A DNA stretch of 64,000 bases from Desulfamplus magnetovallimortis (GCF_900170035.1 NZ_LT828551.1:104163-168162); one strand, 5' to 3'. Shown: positions 9,838-19,841, numbered from the stretch's first letter. Made by a program: numbers and translations. Notes: generated by a model from the letters alone, not told the origin.

Positions 9838-11211
9838 ATGACAGATTTTCTAAACGCTTTAGACAGTTTTATGTGGGGACCCGTCACCATCTGCCTATTG
9901 GTGGGTACCGGTATTTTGATTGCCTTTATGGTAAAGTTCATCCAGATTCGGCATTTCATCTATGCCTGGAAGCTTATTTCAGGTAAATTTGACAATCCTG
10001 ATGACAAAGGAGAAGTGACCCATTTTCAGGCACTTTCCACTGCCCTTTCTGCAACCATCGGCACCGGTAATATTGCAGGCGTTGGCACAGCCATTGCCAT
10101 TGGTGGGCCTGGAGCTGTATTTTGGATGTGGGTGACAGCATTTTTCGGCATGGGCCTTAAATATGCAGAGTGCCTGCTCTCACTGAATTTCAGAACAATA
10201 CATCCAGACGGTTCCGTAGGAGCAGGTCCCATGTACTATCTTGAAAAAGGGCTTGGAAAAAAATGGCTTGGCATTGCCTTTGCTCTCTTTGCCACTATTG
10301 CATCATTTGGTATTGGAAACATGGTACAGGCAAACTCTGTTGCCGAGCCATTTCAGACAGCATTTGGTGTACCCAAAATAGTGACAGGCGTTGTCATGGC
10401 TGTACTATGCTTTCTGGTTATTGTGGGTGGAATAAAAAGAATCGGAAATTTTGCCAGCAAAATCGTTCCTTTTATGTCAGTATGTTACATACTTAGTGTG
10501 CTGTGTATTATTCTTGCCAACTTTGGCGACGTGGGCTCAGCCTTTGGCACAATTTTCAGTGATGCATTTACCGGAAGTGCAGCAGCAGGCGGTTTTACAG
10601 GTTCAGTTGTTGCCCAGGCTATAAGGTTTGGCGTTGCAAGGGGTGTATTCTCCAATGAGGCAGGTCTGGGAAGTGCTCCCATTGCCCACGGAGCTGCACA
10701 GACAGAAGAGCCAGTCAGAGAAGGTCTTGTGGCCATGCTGGGGCCATTTATTGATACCATCATGATCTGCACCATGACAGCACTTGCCATTGTCATGACC
10801 GACGCTTACACAATGCTTGGAGAGACAGGAAAGGCCCTGTCAGGTTCTGATCTGACTGCCAAGGCATTTGAACTTGGTCTGCCCTTTGGCGGAGGTAATT
10901 ACATTGTCTCCATAAGCATCATATTTTTTGCTTTCTCAACAGTGGTTGGGTGGTCATACTACGGGGATCGATGTGTAGATTATCTGTTTGGTGAAAAATT
11001 TGTTAAACCATATAAAATTATTTACTGCTTTATTATTCCTGTTGGTGCAACCATAAAGCTCTCCACAGTCTGGACAATATCCGATATTTTCAATGCGTTA
11101 ATGGCGTGGCCAAACCTTGTGGGAATTATCTTTTTAAGCCCTTTTGTCGTGAAAAAAACAAAAGAATACTTTTCAGATCCTGAAAGGGTATATCCATCAT
11201 ATTCAAAATAA
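9838..11211 (+). CDS. Alanine/glycine:cation symporter (AGCS family)
   Basis: The N-terminus MTDFLNALDSFMWGP..FQALSTALSATIGTGNIAGV is typical of AGCS; multiple TM segments. Confidence 0.9.
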   Translation: MTDFLNALDSFMWGPVTICLLVGTGILIAFMVKFIQIRHFIYAWKLISGKFDNPDDKGEVTHFQALSTALSATIGTGNIAGVGTAIAIGGPGAVFWMWVTAFFGMGLKYAECLLSLNFRTIHPDGSVGAGPMYYLEKGLGKKWLGIAFALFATIASFGIGNMVQANSVAEPFQTAFGVPKIVTGVVMAVLCFLVIVGGIKRIGNFASKIVPFMSVCYILSVLCIILANFGDVGSAFGTIFSDAFTGSAAAGGFTGSVVAQAIRFGVARGVFSNEAGLGSAPIAHGAAQTEEPVREGLVAMLGPFIDTIMICTMTALAIVMTDAYTMLGETGKALSGSDLTAKAFELGLPFGGGNYIVSISIIFFAFSTVVGWSYYGDRCVDYLFGEKFVKPYKIIYCFIIPVGATIKLSTVWTISDIFNALMAWPNLVGIIFLSPFVVKKTKEYFSDPERVYPSYSK

Positions 11212-11332
11212 TCCTGACATGGAATGGCTATCAAATAACTTGCACATTTCAAAACAGACAAGCTTTACTTTACAGTCAAACTTTCTAAAATTCCAATTGT
11301 GTATCTTATTTTGTACTCATTCCTATGTTATT

Positions 11333-11510
11333 GACTCAAAATCGACATCTTATTGCTTTTTCCGAAGTTATTGCAGTTGTCTGAACCAGGATAACCAGGA
11401 TGGATAGGATGCTCAGGATAGTTAATCTTGCCTTATCTTGTTAATCTTGGGAATCCTGATTCAGACAGTGTTGACAAGGCTTACAAGATCATAGGTGTCG
11501 ATTTTGAATA
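11333..11510. repeat. MITE-like element copy (TIR core tcaaaatcgaca / tgtcgattttga), about 90% identical to 16645-16817
   Basis: Direct alignment of 11335-11508 with 16647-16815. Confidence 0.7.
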
Positions 11511-11530
11511 TTGACTTAGTGTTCTCCCAA

Positions 11531-11614
11531 GGTTTGTTTGTCAGGTAAAAACACGCATAGTCTTTCCATTGCCTGGAAAATCACCCGACAGTTTAAACTT
11601 GAAGAAGCACTATT
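11531..11614. repeat. Conserved hairpin element copy A (ggtttgWttgtcRggtaaaaa...tcacccgacagtttaaacttgaagaagcactatt); second copy at 24664-24748
   Basis: 38-nt identical 3' part and shared stem tgtcgggt/acccgaca in both copies. Confidence 0.65.
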
Positions 11615-11629
11615 TTATTGACTCAGGAG

Positions 11630-12115
11630 TTATACTGAAATCTTTTCTCCATGAAAAACCACGAGAGACCCCTGATCGCGCTCTGCTATCTGACGTGCTA
11701 CCCTGGCAGGTACAATTTTATAACTGTCATCAAGTCTGACAATGGCAAGCTGCCCGCTACTTAGCCTTTGCGTCATATCTTCAGAGATAAACAGCTTCTT
11801 TATTATTTTTCCCACTGCAAAATAATAAGGTTCCCCATGATCATCCTCTTTTAGATGATTTGTTTCAATCAGATGCCTTACCTGTGCCATGTTTTCGTGT
11901 CTTTTTTTCTCTTCATTGCGCTGCCGGTTCAGCTCTCTGGTCTGCTGCTCAATGGCCAGCCTCTCTTTTCTGGCAAGGCTTGTCTCTCCTGATGATGAGT
12001 CACCCTTATGCTTCTGCTTTTTTTTACTGACAAGCTTGTCATGCTTTGCCTTATTTACCTGCTTTTTGTTCACCAGCCCAGCCTTCAGAAGCTGATCCTG
12101 AAACGAATTACCCAT
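11630..12115 (-). CDS. DUF2058 / YaiL-like protein
   Basis: N-terminal QDQLLKAGLV...KK-rich region and overall resemblance to E. coli YaiL, from memory. Confidence 0.65.
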   Translation of the reverse strand: MGNSFQDQLLKAGLVNKKQVNKAKHDKLVSKKKQKHKGDSSSGETSLARKERLAIEQQTRELNRQRNEEKKRHENMAQVRHLIETNHLKEDDHGEPYYFAVGKIIKKLFISEDMTQRLSSGQLAIVRLDDSYKIVPARVARQIAERDQGSLVVFHGEKISV

Positions 12116-12167
12116 TTTTTCCCCGCTAAATCCTGATGGTCTCGTAAAAAATCAAAAATTCTGTGCA

Positions 12168-12875
12168 TCAAGTATTGGAACCTGATTTTTTAGTTTTGAA
12201 CCAAGGTTCTTTACCATATAAGCTTTCCATACATTTAGGACAGAGAGCATGGCTGAAAAGTGCCTCGGAATGCTTCTGAATATAAGCCTCAACCCTTGTC
12301 CATGCCCCTTTGTCATCACGGATATCCTTGCATTTAGAGCAAATTGGAATAAAGCCACGCAGGGTCTTGATCTCTACATGTACTTTCACCCTTGCCAGAA
12401 GTTCCAGAGCCTGAAAAGGTTTTGTAATATAATCGGATCCGCCGACCTCAAATCCCTTAAGAATATCTTTAGTATCTGCCATTGCAGTAAGAAAAATGAC
12501 AGGTATATGCTTTTTGGTTTTGTCTGACTTTATTTTTCTGCAAACCTCATAGCCACTCATACCGGGCATCATGATGTCTAAAAGCACCAGATCAAAAGGA
12601 TAGCTATAAATCCAGTCAATGGCTTCCTTACCACTTGTGGCAAACTCAACTTTATAGTGCTGATCTTTTAAAAGATTGCCAAGAAGCTGGATATTCATGG
12701 GTTCATCATCAACAATTAATATTGAAAAATGATTGTCAGGTGGACTATTGTCGTGCATATGGTACTCTGCCTTATGGCTGTCTGGTTGATGCTTCTCCTC
12801 CCGACGAATGTCATGCTTACCTTTTTCAGCCTGATGAGCGCCTGGCAGATGATTGCCAGAAGTTTCATTTGTCAT
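12168..12875 (-). CDS. Response regulator: His-rich N-terminal tail, CheY-like receiver, and C-terminal Cys-rich module (CSKCKDIRDD.G.W...FSHALCPKC)
   Basis: ILIVDDEPMN...DLVLLDIMMPGMSGYEV...TAMAD..DILKGFEVGGSDYITKPF; C-terminal IPICSKCKDIRDDKGAWTRVEAYIQKHSEALFSHALCPKCMESLYG. Confidence 0.8.
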   Translation of the reverse strand: MTNETSGNHLPGAHQAEKGKHDIRREEKHQPDSHKAEYHMHDNSPPDNHFSILIVDDEPMNIQLLGNLLKDQHYKVEFATSGKEAIDWIYSYPFDLVLLDIMMPGMSGYEVCRKIKSDKTKKHIPVIFLTAMADTKDILKGFEVGGSDYITKPFQALELLARVKVHVEIKTLRGFIPICSKCKDIRDDKGAWTRVEAYIQKHSEALFSHALCPKCMESLYGKEPWFKTKKSGSNT

Positions 12876-15412
12876 GGATTCATTTCCTGGATCATAGATT
12901 TGACCTCTTGTATTATCTTTTTAAATTCAGCTATTGCCAGTCTCATATTGAGTATATCAAAGTTATCCACATAATTGACAAGATTATCACCATATTGTGT
13001 CAATAACTCAATATCATTTTTCAAACCAAGCACTCTGATATTCTCACCAAAAAGTTTTACCTTGTCAATGGGTTGCCTTTTTTTAAATGATCGCCATTGC
13101 TCCATATAATCAGATTCAAGAGTGGCCAGAATTTGGGAAATCTTGATTCTGTCTCCTGAAAGGGAGTTGATTGCTTTTTTATGCTCTTCATTCAAACCCG
13201 AATCAGTTTCTGTCAACGGCAGATATTTTGACAACTCTGCAAGAAGTTTATCTATTTCAACAGGTTTTGCAAGAAAGCCATCAAAACCTCTTTTTATTAT
13301 GTCAGGCTTGTCCATAACAGATGAGGAAGCTGTGACTGCAATGACCGGAATTTTTTGAGTGACAGGATTGTTTTTAATTTTTTCCAATGCTTCAAATCCG
13401 TTCATTACCGGCATCCTTATATCCATCAAAATAACATCCGGATGATGTTCACCGGCAATCAACAACGCTTCATGGCCATTTTGAGCATGTAAAACATCAA
13501 GATTTACCTTGCATAGCACCTCGTTCAAAAGATGTCTGTTGGACTCAATATCGTCAACAACCAATATTTTTCCATTTTCAAACCTTATATCTTCGTGGTA
13601 AAAGCTCTTTTCCAAAAGCGGAACCTCATCAAAGAGCGCCTGCACATCAGGTATAATTACCTCAAAGCAACTGCCCTTTCCAGGGGAACTTTCCACAAGA
13701 ATCCGGCCGTTCATCATTTCTACAACTCTTTTGCAGATAGCAAGGCCTAAACCTGTGCCGCCGTACTGTGCATTCTCCTGTCCTGCCTGCTGTTTAAATG
13801 AATCAAAAATGGTCATGATCTCATCTTCAGGTATGCCGATACCGGAATCTTCAACAATTATATGAAGATCGCCAAGTTCCATAAAAGTAACAGTCATTTT
13901 TATGGTGCCGTTTTCAGTAAATTTAACAGCATTTCCAACAATATTTAGAAGTATCTGCCTTAAACGTATTTCATCAATCATAAGAGCCGGAGGAAAATCC
14001 GCATCAACTTCAACAATAAACCGGATATTTTTTCTTGAGGTCTGCAATGCAAATATCTGTTCTATTTCATAAATAACAGCTCTCAAATCGCTGCAAGTGT
14101 ATTTAAGCTCGGCTTTGCCAGCCTCCATTTTGGAAAGATCAAGAATATCGTTAATAAGCGTCAGAAGATTTTTTCCTGCATTTTTTATTGCAGATATGTA
14201 CTGTTTCTGTTTCTCATCTTTAACAAGGGAAGACAAAAGTTCGCTGAAGCCGGTAACGGCATTAAGAGGAGTTCTGATCTCATGACTCATGTTGGCCAAA
14301 AATGCGCTTTTTGCATTTGTTGCAGCTTCTGCCTCTTTTCTGGCATCTTCTAAAGCACTCTCACGGGCAGATATCGCTCTTGTCATAAGGACAAAGTTAT
14401 GTGAAAGATGGTTAAAATCCTCCAGTCCCCAGTTACCGGCCTGAAGATCGTAGTGACCTTGTGCAACACGGTCTGTAAAGCTTGAAAGTGCTGTCAGCGG
14501 AAGTTTGATACTGCGGTAGAGATAAATAAAGACAAGTGTTGTTCCAAGACAGCTCACAAAGAGAGAGATCATAAGAATCTTCCTGATAAAGACAACAGGT
14601 GCAAGTGCCTTTGAAGCATCCCTGAAAATAACAGTGACAAGATCTGCTGTAACGATCTCATCCACACTTACAATTGATTCTATCCCCTTCTCATCATATC
14701 TGCGTCCGGATGCAAACTCTCCTTTAAGAGCCTGCCTGATATATGGAATATTGAGAAGATTCAGGCGCTGCTCGGCCATGCCATGCTCTGAGCTTGCGAC
14801 CACTGTTCCCTTACGGTCAAGGACAGTAACACGAACTTCAGCTTCTGATGCAAGTATGCCCACATTTCGGGAAAGATCAGCCAAATCAAGATAGCCCAGA
14901 ACCACAAGGGAGTCAAACATGCGGCTGACTGCAATGCCCGGTGTGTTACCCTTGACGGGGATATGCGAAAGTGACCAGCAGAAGCCCTCCTTGTTCAATG
15001 CTCCAAGATAAGAGGAGTGCCTTGAAAAATCATAGCCTATCCATGAATCATGCTTACGGGAAGAGTGGCTGATAATACCCTGACTGTCAAGGATATTCAG
15101 ACGTGAAAAAGCTGGAAATGCCTTGGCAATACCAATCAGAAGAGCATCCAGGTCAGAGCCGGTTGCAACCTTGTTCAAGGCAGCTTCTCCTGTGACAGAA
15201 ACTATCTTTTCTGCCTGGGACAAAATTTCATCAATCTGGACAGAGAGAGACTTGGCCATGACAAGGTTTGAGACAAGAATCTCATTTTCCATATTGGATG
15301 CAATTTTATTAAGGGTCAAAAGCCCTGACATAATTCCCGGAAACACCACCAGAAAAATCAGAGAAGAGGTCAAAATGTTTTTCAGGCTTCGACCAGGCCA
15401 GCAAGATAACAT
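12872..15412 (-). CDS. Hybrid sensor histidine kinase with periplasmic Cache-like sensor, HisKA, HATPase_c, receiver and C-terminal helical (Hpt-like) region. The ORF is open to 15565, but the internal Met at 15412 avoids overlap with the upstream SBP gene.
   Basis: SHEIRTPLNAVTGFSELL; GGTGLGLAICKRVVEMMNGRI; ILVVDDIESNRHLL...ILMDIRMPVMNG. Confidence 0.8.
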   Translation of the reverse strand: MLSCWPGRSLKNILTSSLIFLVVFPGIMSGLLTLNKIASNMENEILVSNLVMAKSLSVQIDEILSQAEKIVSVTGEAALNKVATGSDLDALLIGIAKAFPAFSRLNILDSQGIISHSSRKHDSWIGYDFSRHSSYLGALNKEGFCWSLSHIPVKGNTPGIAVSRMFDSLVVLGYLDLADLSRNVGILASEAEVRVTVLDRKGTVVASSEHGMAEQRLNLLNIPYIRQALKGEFASGRRYDEKGIESIVSVDEIVTADLVTVIFRDASKALAPVVFIRKILMISLFVSCLGTTLVFIYLYRSIKLPLTALSSFTDRVAQGHYDLQAGNWGLEDFNHLSHNFVLMTRAISARESALEDARKEAEAATNAKSAFLANMSHEIRTPLNAVTGFSELLSSLVKDEKQKQYISAIKNAGKNLLTLINDILDLSKMEAGKAELKYTCSDLRAVIYEIEQIFALQTSRKNIRFIVEVDADFPPALMIDEIRLRQILLNIVGNAVKFTENGTIKMTVTFMELGDLHIIVEDSGIGIPEDEIMTIFDSFKQQAGQENAQYGGTGLGLAICKRVVEMMNGRILVESSPGKGSCFEVIIPDVQALFDEVPLLEKSFYHEDIRFENGKILVVDDIESNRHLLNEVLCKVNLDVLHAQNGHEALLIAGEHHPDVILMDIRMPVMNGFEALEKIKNNPVTQKIPVIAVTASSSVMDKPDIIKRGFDGFLAKPVEIDKLLAELSKYLPLTETDSGLNEEHKKAINSLSGDRIKISQILATLESDYMEQWRSFKKRQPIDKVKLFGENIRVLGLKNDIELLTQYGDNLVNYVDNFDILNMRLAIAEFKKIIQEVKSMIQEMNP

Positions 15413-15461
15413 TAAATCTCTCCATGATCTTTTTTTCTTCGCATGGTCTTTTGCAACATAA

Positions 15462-16661
15462 TCATCTTTTGATTTTAAAATAACCATCCCTGACCTCATA
15501 TATACAGACCGGCCTTCTGGGATCTCCATATTTATCAATTGTAAAATCTTCAGGAATACCTTCAAACAGCTCTATTTCCAGAATTGCTTTTTTGATTGCA
15601 GAAGGTGTAAGGTTTTCTGCTTTTTCAATTCCCTTTTTCAAAACCATGACAGAGTCGTACCCAAAGGCTGCTGCCCTGGTGGCAGGTTCTCCAAAGCGAT
15701 TTTCATATTCTGTTTTAAAAGCTATCAGAACTGGAGTATCTTCAGCTATATCATAAGTTCCCGAGATAATAACCCCTTCAACTGCCTTTCCACCATTTTC
15801 CAGAAATTCACCTTTCATGGCCCATGAGGATGAAAAGATTTTAATGCTCTCACTTCTTTTATGAATCTCCTGGGCAAGCATCGCGGTGTCAAGAGCACCA
15901 GCCACCACAAAAACCGAGTCCGGCCCTGATTTTACAAGACGATTGATATCTTCATCAGAAAGTCCATCCTTGGAATCAAACTGAATTTCCATAAGAATGT
16001 TTCCACCAAGTTTGTTAAAAATAGCCTCAGCAGCACGGATATAATTTTCAGAATATGCACGATTGGCAACATCAAAAATCAGTGCTGCATTGCGTGCTCC
16101 CTGTGAGTTAAATGCCTCAGTGGCAAGCCCTTCAGCCATAATAGTGTGTGGTGCTATTACTCTTAAAAAGAAATCATCAATACCTGAAAGCTGATCTGTG
16201 GAAGCTCCTGGAGATATCATAAGCATCTTTTTTTTATTCATCTCAGGTACTGCTGCCATTGAGGCTGTGGATGTAAAATGACCAATTATGGCAACCACAC
16301 CAGCCTCAACAAGCTCAAGGTCAACCCTGACCGCTTCTTCCGGATCGTTCTTATCATCCTTTATCAGCAACTCTATCTTTCTGCCCTTTATGCCACCTGA
16401 GCTGTTTAGTTTTTCCACAGCCAAAACAGCACCACGCCTGCATGGAAGTCCATAATCGGAAAGAGTTCCCGACAATGGGTTTGCAAAGCCTATTTTGACA
16501 GGTTCCTTTTCTCTGCTGCAACCGGTCAAAGAAAAAAATATGGAAATGGTAATTGAAGAGATTATAATTGATTCAATTAATGATTTTAGAGTAAATTTCA
16601 TGTTGTTTTCCTTTTTCCTTGGAAATAGATACAAAGTTTTATAATAACTCAAAATCGACAT
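15462..16661 (-). CDS. ABC-transporter-type periplasmic substrate-binding protein (Leu/Ile/Val-binding family fold), likely ligand-sensing partner of the adjacent kinase
   Basis: Lipoprotein-like signal peptide ...SLTGCS; VKIGFANPLSGTLSDYG...GGIKGRKIELLIKDD..DPEEAV..LVEAGVVAIIGHF. Confidence 0.8.
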   Translation of the reverse strand: MSILSYYKTLYLFPRKKENNMKFTLKSLIESIIISSITISIFFSLTGCSREKEPVKIGFANPLSGTLSDYGLPCRRGAVLAVEKLNSSGGIKGRKIELLIKDDKNDPEEAVRVDLELVEAGVVAIIGHFTSTASMAAVPEMNKKKMLMISPGASTDQLSGIDDFFLRVIAPHTIMAEGLATEAFNSQGARNAALIFDVANRAYSENYIRAAEAIFNKLGGNILMEIQFDSKDGLSDEDINRLVKSGPDSVFVVAGALDTAMLAQEIHKRSESIKIFSSSWAMKGEFLENGGKAVEGVIISGTYDIAEDTPVLIAFKTEYENRFGEPATRAAAFGYDSVMVLKKGIEKAENLTPSAIKKAILEIELFEGIPEDFTIDKYGDPRRPVCIYEVRDGYFKIKR

Positions 16662-16817
16662 CTTATTGCTTTTTCAGAAGTTATTGCAGTTGTCTGAACC
16701 AGGATGGATAGGATGCTCAGGTTAGATAATCCTGCCTTATCTTTGTTAATCTTGGGAATCCTGACTCAGACAGTGTTGACAAAGCTTACAAGATCATAGG
16801 TATCGACTTTGAGTAAT
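16645..16817. repeat. MITE-like element copy (TIRs taactcaaaatcgaca / tatcgactttgagtaat)
   Basis: Aligns with 11335-11508; terminal inverted repeats read directly. Confidence 0.7.
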
Positions 16818-17019
16818 AAGGAGGGCTGCATTGCTCAGCCATTAACGTTCTGTTATTAAAATCCCAAGACTCTTGAGTACGATAAAATATTGAGATATGA
16901 TTTGAATATGATAACACTTCAAACCAACAGAGCAACAAAACTTTTTCAACTTGCTGCTGATAACCTTTCACACTGTTTTAAAGATAATAAGGAAAAGAAA
17001 TTAAAAAAGGAGAAGAGTC

Positions 17020-17604
17020 TTGGGTATTGAAATAGAGAGAAAATTTCTTCTTCAAAACGATTCCTGGAAAACCCCTGATCTAAAAGGTATCCATATAAAA
17101 CAGGGATATATAGCCAACAGTCCGGAAGCAGTTGTAAGGGTAAGGGTCTCAGGGGACAGTGGATTTTTAACCGTAAAGGGAAAAACAACAGGAGCAACCC
17201 GACTTGAATTTGAATACAATATACCTTTACAGGATGCCATTGAGATGCTTGATCTGTGTCGCCATAAACAGAGAGTTTCCAACACTTCCAAAGAGGTTGC
17301 TGCGGAATCCAATGACAAAAAAATTGCAGTAGATGGCCACGGAATTGTTGCCGACTATGCCGCAAAACTTACAGCACCGGCAATTATAGAAAAAATCCGT
17401 TATATGGTTAACTTTAAAGGATTTGAATGGAGCATTGATATTTTTTCCGGAAGCAACCAGGGACTTGCTGTTGCGGAAATCGAACTTGAACATGAAGAAC
17501 AACAATTTGAATATCCCCCATGGGCAGGAAAAGAGGTAACAGGAGATCCCCGATATTACAACTCAAATCTGATTTGTTACCCATTCAGCTCATGGAAGAG
17601 ATGA
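17020..17604 (+). CDS. CYTH domain protein (CyaB/thiamine triphosphatase-like), TTG start with good SD
   Basis: EIERKFLL signature at the N-terminus; aaggag 7 nt upstream of TTG. Confidence 0.7.
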   Translation: MGIEIERKFLLQNDSWKTPDLKGIHIKQGYIANSPEAVVRVRVSGDSGFLTVKGKTTGATRLEFEYNIPLQDAIEMLDLCRHKQRVSNTSKEVAAESNDKKIAVDGHGIVADYAAKLTAPAIIEKIRYMVNFKGFEWSIDIFSGSNQGLAVAEIELEHEEQQFEYPPWAGKEVTGDPRYYNSNLICYPFSSWKR

Positions 17605-18603
17605 CAAAAGGGATTTAACCTTCATTTCAATATCATCCCTTATTATCCTGACCTCATTAATTGATTTACCAGCAGGATCCGATAAATTCCAGTCAACCTG
17701 TTTACACCCCGGAATAAACGGACACTCTTCTTTGCATCCCATGGTGACAATCATATCAACAGCACCTCGGGCTTTATTTAAGGCATCTTCCAGCGAACAC
17801 GGTACATTAAATAGAAGATCGTGCCCCTTTTCTCCCATAGCCTTTACAACAACAGGATTTATCTTTTCCGCAGGCTGACTGCCGGCACTGAAAACGCAAT
17901 ATCGATGGCCTGCAATCTCCTTTGCAAAGGCTGCTGCCATCTGGCTTCTGCCGGCATTTTCACGGCAGGCAAACATGATTTTTTTACGATTCTGCAATGG
18001 TGTCAACACTTTATGGGCAATCTCTGAAATATCCTTTTCCACCCCTTCCTTAAACTGTATCTCTCCTTTGCCGTCAATGCCGGAATAACAAAGCTCTCCT
18101 GCATAATGGGCACCCACAGCATCAAAAAAGTATCGTGTTGTAAGGCGGATGCCGTCAAAAAGAGTCATTCCCCTTGTGGCTCCCACAGAAAGCAATATCC
18201 CTTTTTTAAAAGATTCTCCGGAGTCTTTAAGATCAAATCTGTACTTTCTTGACCATAGAGTTTGTGCCCTGTCAATGATCCCTTTCATAAGGGCAGGAAC
18301 ACCATAAAAATAGACAGGCGTGGAAAGAACTATCAAATCAGCTCTTCTGATGAGGGAAAAAAGATTACCAGATATATCATCCTTGAGTGAGCAGGTTCCT
18401 TTTTTTTCGCAGTTCCCGCAACCACTGCAGGGTGCATAAAGCTGTTTTCCAGCAGAGATCACAAAAGTTTCAAATCCTTTTGTCTCAGCCTGCTCCATAA
18501 AAAGAGAGAGAAGATGCGAAGAGTTTCCGTTAACCCTTGGGCTTGCACTGAACCCTAAAACAAACATTATAAAGCCCTCCTGTGTGTCCAACATTCTGTA
18601 CAA
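17590..18603 (-). CDS. Fusion protein: iron-sulfur flavoprotein / NADPH-dependent FMN reductase-like N-domain plus ArsC-type low-molecular-weight phosphatase (arsenate reductase) C-domain
   Basis: N-terminal MFVLGFSASPR..CSGCGNCEKKGTC...VLSTPVYFYGVPALMKGIIDR; C-terminal P-loop MFACRENAGRSQMAAAF (the C-x5-R motif of LMW-PTP/ArsC). Confidence 0.7.
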   Translation of the reverse strand: MYRMLDTQEGFIMFVLGFSASPRVNGNSSHLLSLFMEQAETKGFETFVISAGKQLYAPCSGCGNCEKKGTCSLKDDISGNLFSLIRRADLIVLSTPVYFYGVPALMKGIIDRAQTLWSRKYRFDLKDSGESFKKGILLSVGATRGMTLFDGIRLTTRYFFDAVGAHYAGELCYSGIDGKGEIQFKEGVEKDISEIAHKVLTPLQNRKKIMFACRENAGRSQMAAAFAKEIAGHRYCVFSAGSQPAEKINPVVVKAMGEKGHDLLFNVPCSLEDALNKARGAVDMIVTMGCKEECPFIPGCKQVDWNLSDPAGKSINEVRIIRDDIEMKVKSLLSSLP

Positions 18604-18615
18604 AATAAGTATCTT

Positions 18616-19017
18616 TCAAATAAAAACCGCTGGATTACATCCAAAACGAGCGCTAAGTGCTTTGATTTGCCGTTTATTAAGCTCTCGCTTTCCTGACATA
18701 ACTTCAGATATAACCCCAGGACTTCCGATTTCAGTCAAATCCTTTTGTTTCAAACCATATTCTCTCATAAAATATTTAAGACAACCTACAGGAGTTCCTT
18801 TCGGCTCTGGAATATGAGTACGCTCATAATCTGAAATCAATGTACCTACAATGTCAAGCAAACCTATTAGCGGATGATTGACCTCACCTTGTGTCTGATC
18901 CATGAGATAATCAGCAAGTTCAATCAGATCATCAAGCTCTTCTTCATTAGTTGGTGAATTAAAATATGGTGAAATTGATGGCCAGACTTCCATTAATTGC
19001 TGGTACGCTTGAACCAT
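18616..19017 (-). CDS. higA: HigA-family antitoxin (HTH, XRE-like with N-terminal extension)
   Basis: C-terminal HTH ...KQKDLTEIGSPGVISEVMSGKRELNKRQIKALSARFG; overlaps higB. Confidence 0.8.
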   Translation of the reverse strand: MVQAYQQLMEVWPSISPYFNSPTNEEELDDLIELADYLMDQTQGEVNHPLIGLLDIVGTLISDYERTHIPEPKGTPVGCLKYFMREYGLKQKDLTEIGSPGVISEVMSGKRELNKRQIKALSARFGCNPAVFI

Positions 19018-19307
19018 AAGTCTTCCTTCCAGTTATCACGGTCATACTTATCATGAGTCAAAATATGTCGTATATATAAGCGATTGAGTGAATAACGAAT
19101 ATATGCAACAAGCCTATAATTGTTTCCACCAATATTGAATACAACAAAGTTTCCAACAGTGTCGGCGCTTGGAAAGACTTTTTTGACATCCATGAATGAG
19201 GTAAAATTTTCTCGTTTCACGATACGATACCAATGCTGTAAGGAAGATTCCGCACAGTTATATTTTTGACAAAATTCACGAATTTTCTTGTAACTTATAA
19301 TGTGCAT
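18993..19307 (-). CDS. higB: HigB toxin (RelE/ParE superfamily)
   Basis: MHIISYKKIREFCQKY...KVFPSADTVGNFVVFNIGGNNYRLVAYIRY....YIRHILTHDKYD closely follows E. coli HigB. Confidence 0.85.
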   Translation of the reverse strand: MHIISYKKIREFCQKYNCAESSLQHWYRIVKRENFTSFMDVKKVFPSADTVGNFVVFNIGGNNYRLVAYIRYSLNRLYIRHILTHDKYDRDNWKEDLWFKRTSN

Positions 19308-19841
19308 AACAACCTTAAAGATTGGTGGTATCGCAATGCATCAGCAAACAGGGGTGCTTATTAGAAAATTTCTATAACATGTTGATATATAAAAATTTTA
19401 ATGTATCATTGCGATGCACTCGCTATTTGATGCACTCGCTATATGAGTGTGTATTAAAAAATACAGATTATAAAATTTACTGTCAATAGAATTCTCAAAT
19501 AGAGAATACAATTGTTTTTAACAAACATCCGCCATGTACATTGTTATAACGTACATGGCGGATTTCCACCACAATCGAAGGAATTAAAGTCATTTTAAAT
19601 ACAGTCAGTTAAAGAGACTTTCTTATCCCCCCCATGTTTGCTGACGCATCACAACTAAACATGAAAGTTGTTATATATCAGCATGTTATGGAGATTTTCT
19701 AATAAATAAAGCACTTAAAACAGTAATGGCAGCCACCGGACTTTTGAGAGCGGGGCTGCCATATGATTTTATGATTTAATGCATTTTTATTTTCTGTGTA
19801 ATGCATTATTGCAAAGCACTTTGTGTTAACTCCTGTGCAGA

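Noticed and set aside
15413-15565. N-terminal extension of the hybrid kinase ORF overlapping the SBP gene by about 100 bp
   Set aside because: The internal Met at 15412 immediately precedes the first TM helix and removes the overlap. The upstream extension is likely not translated.
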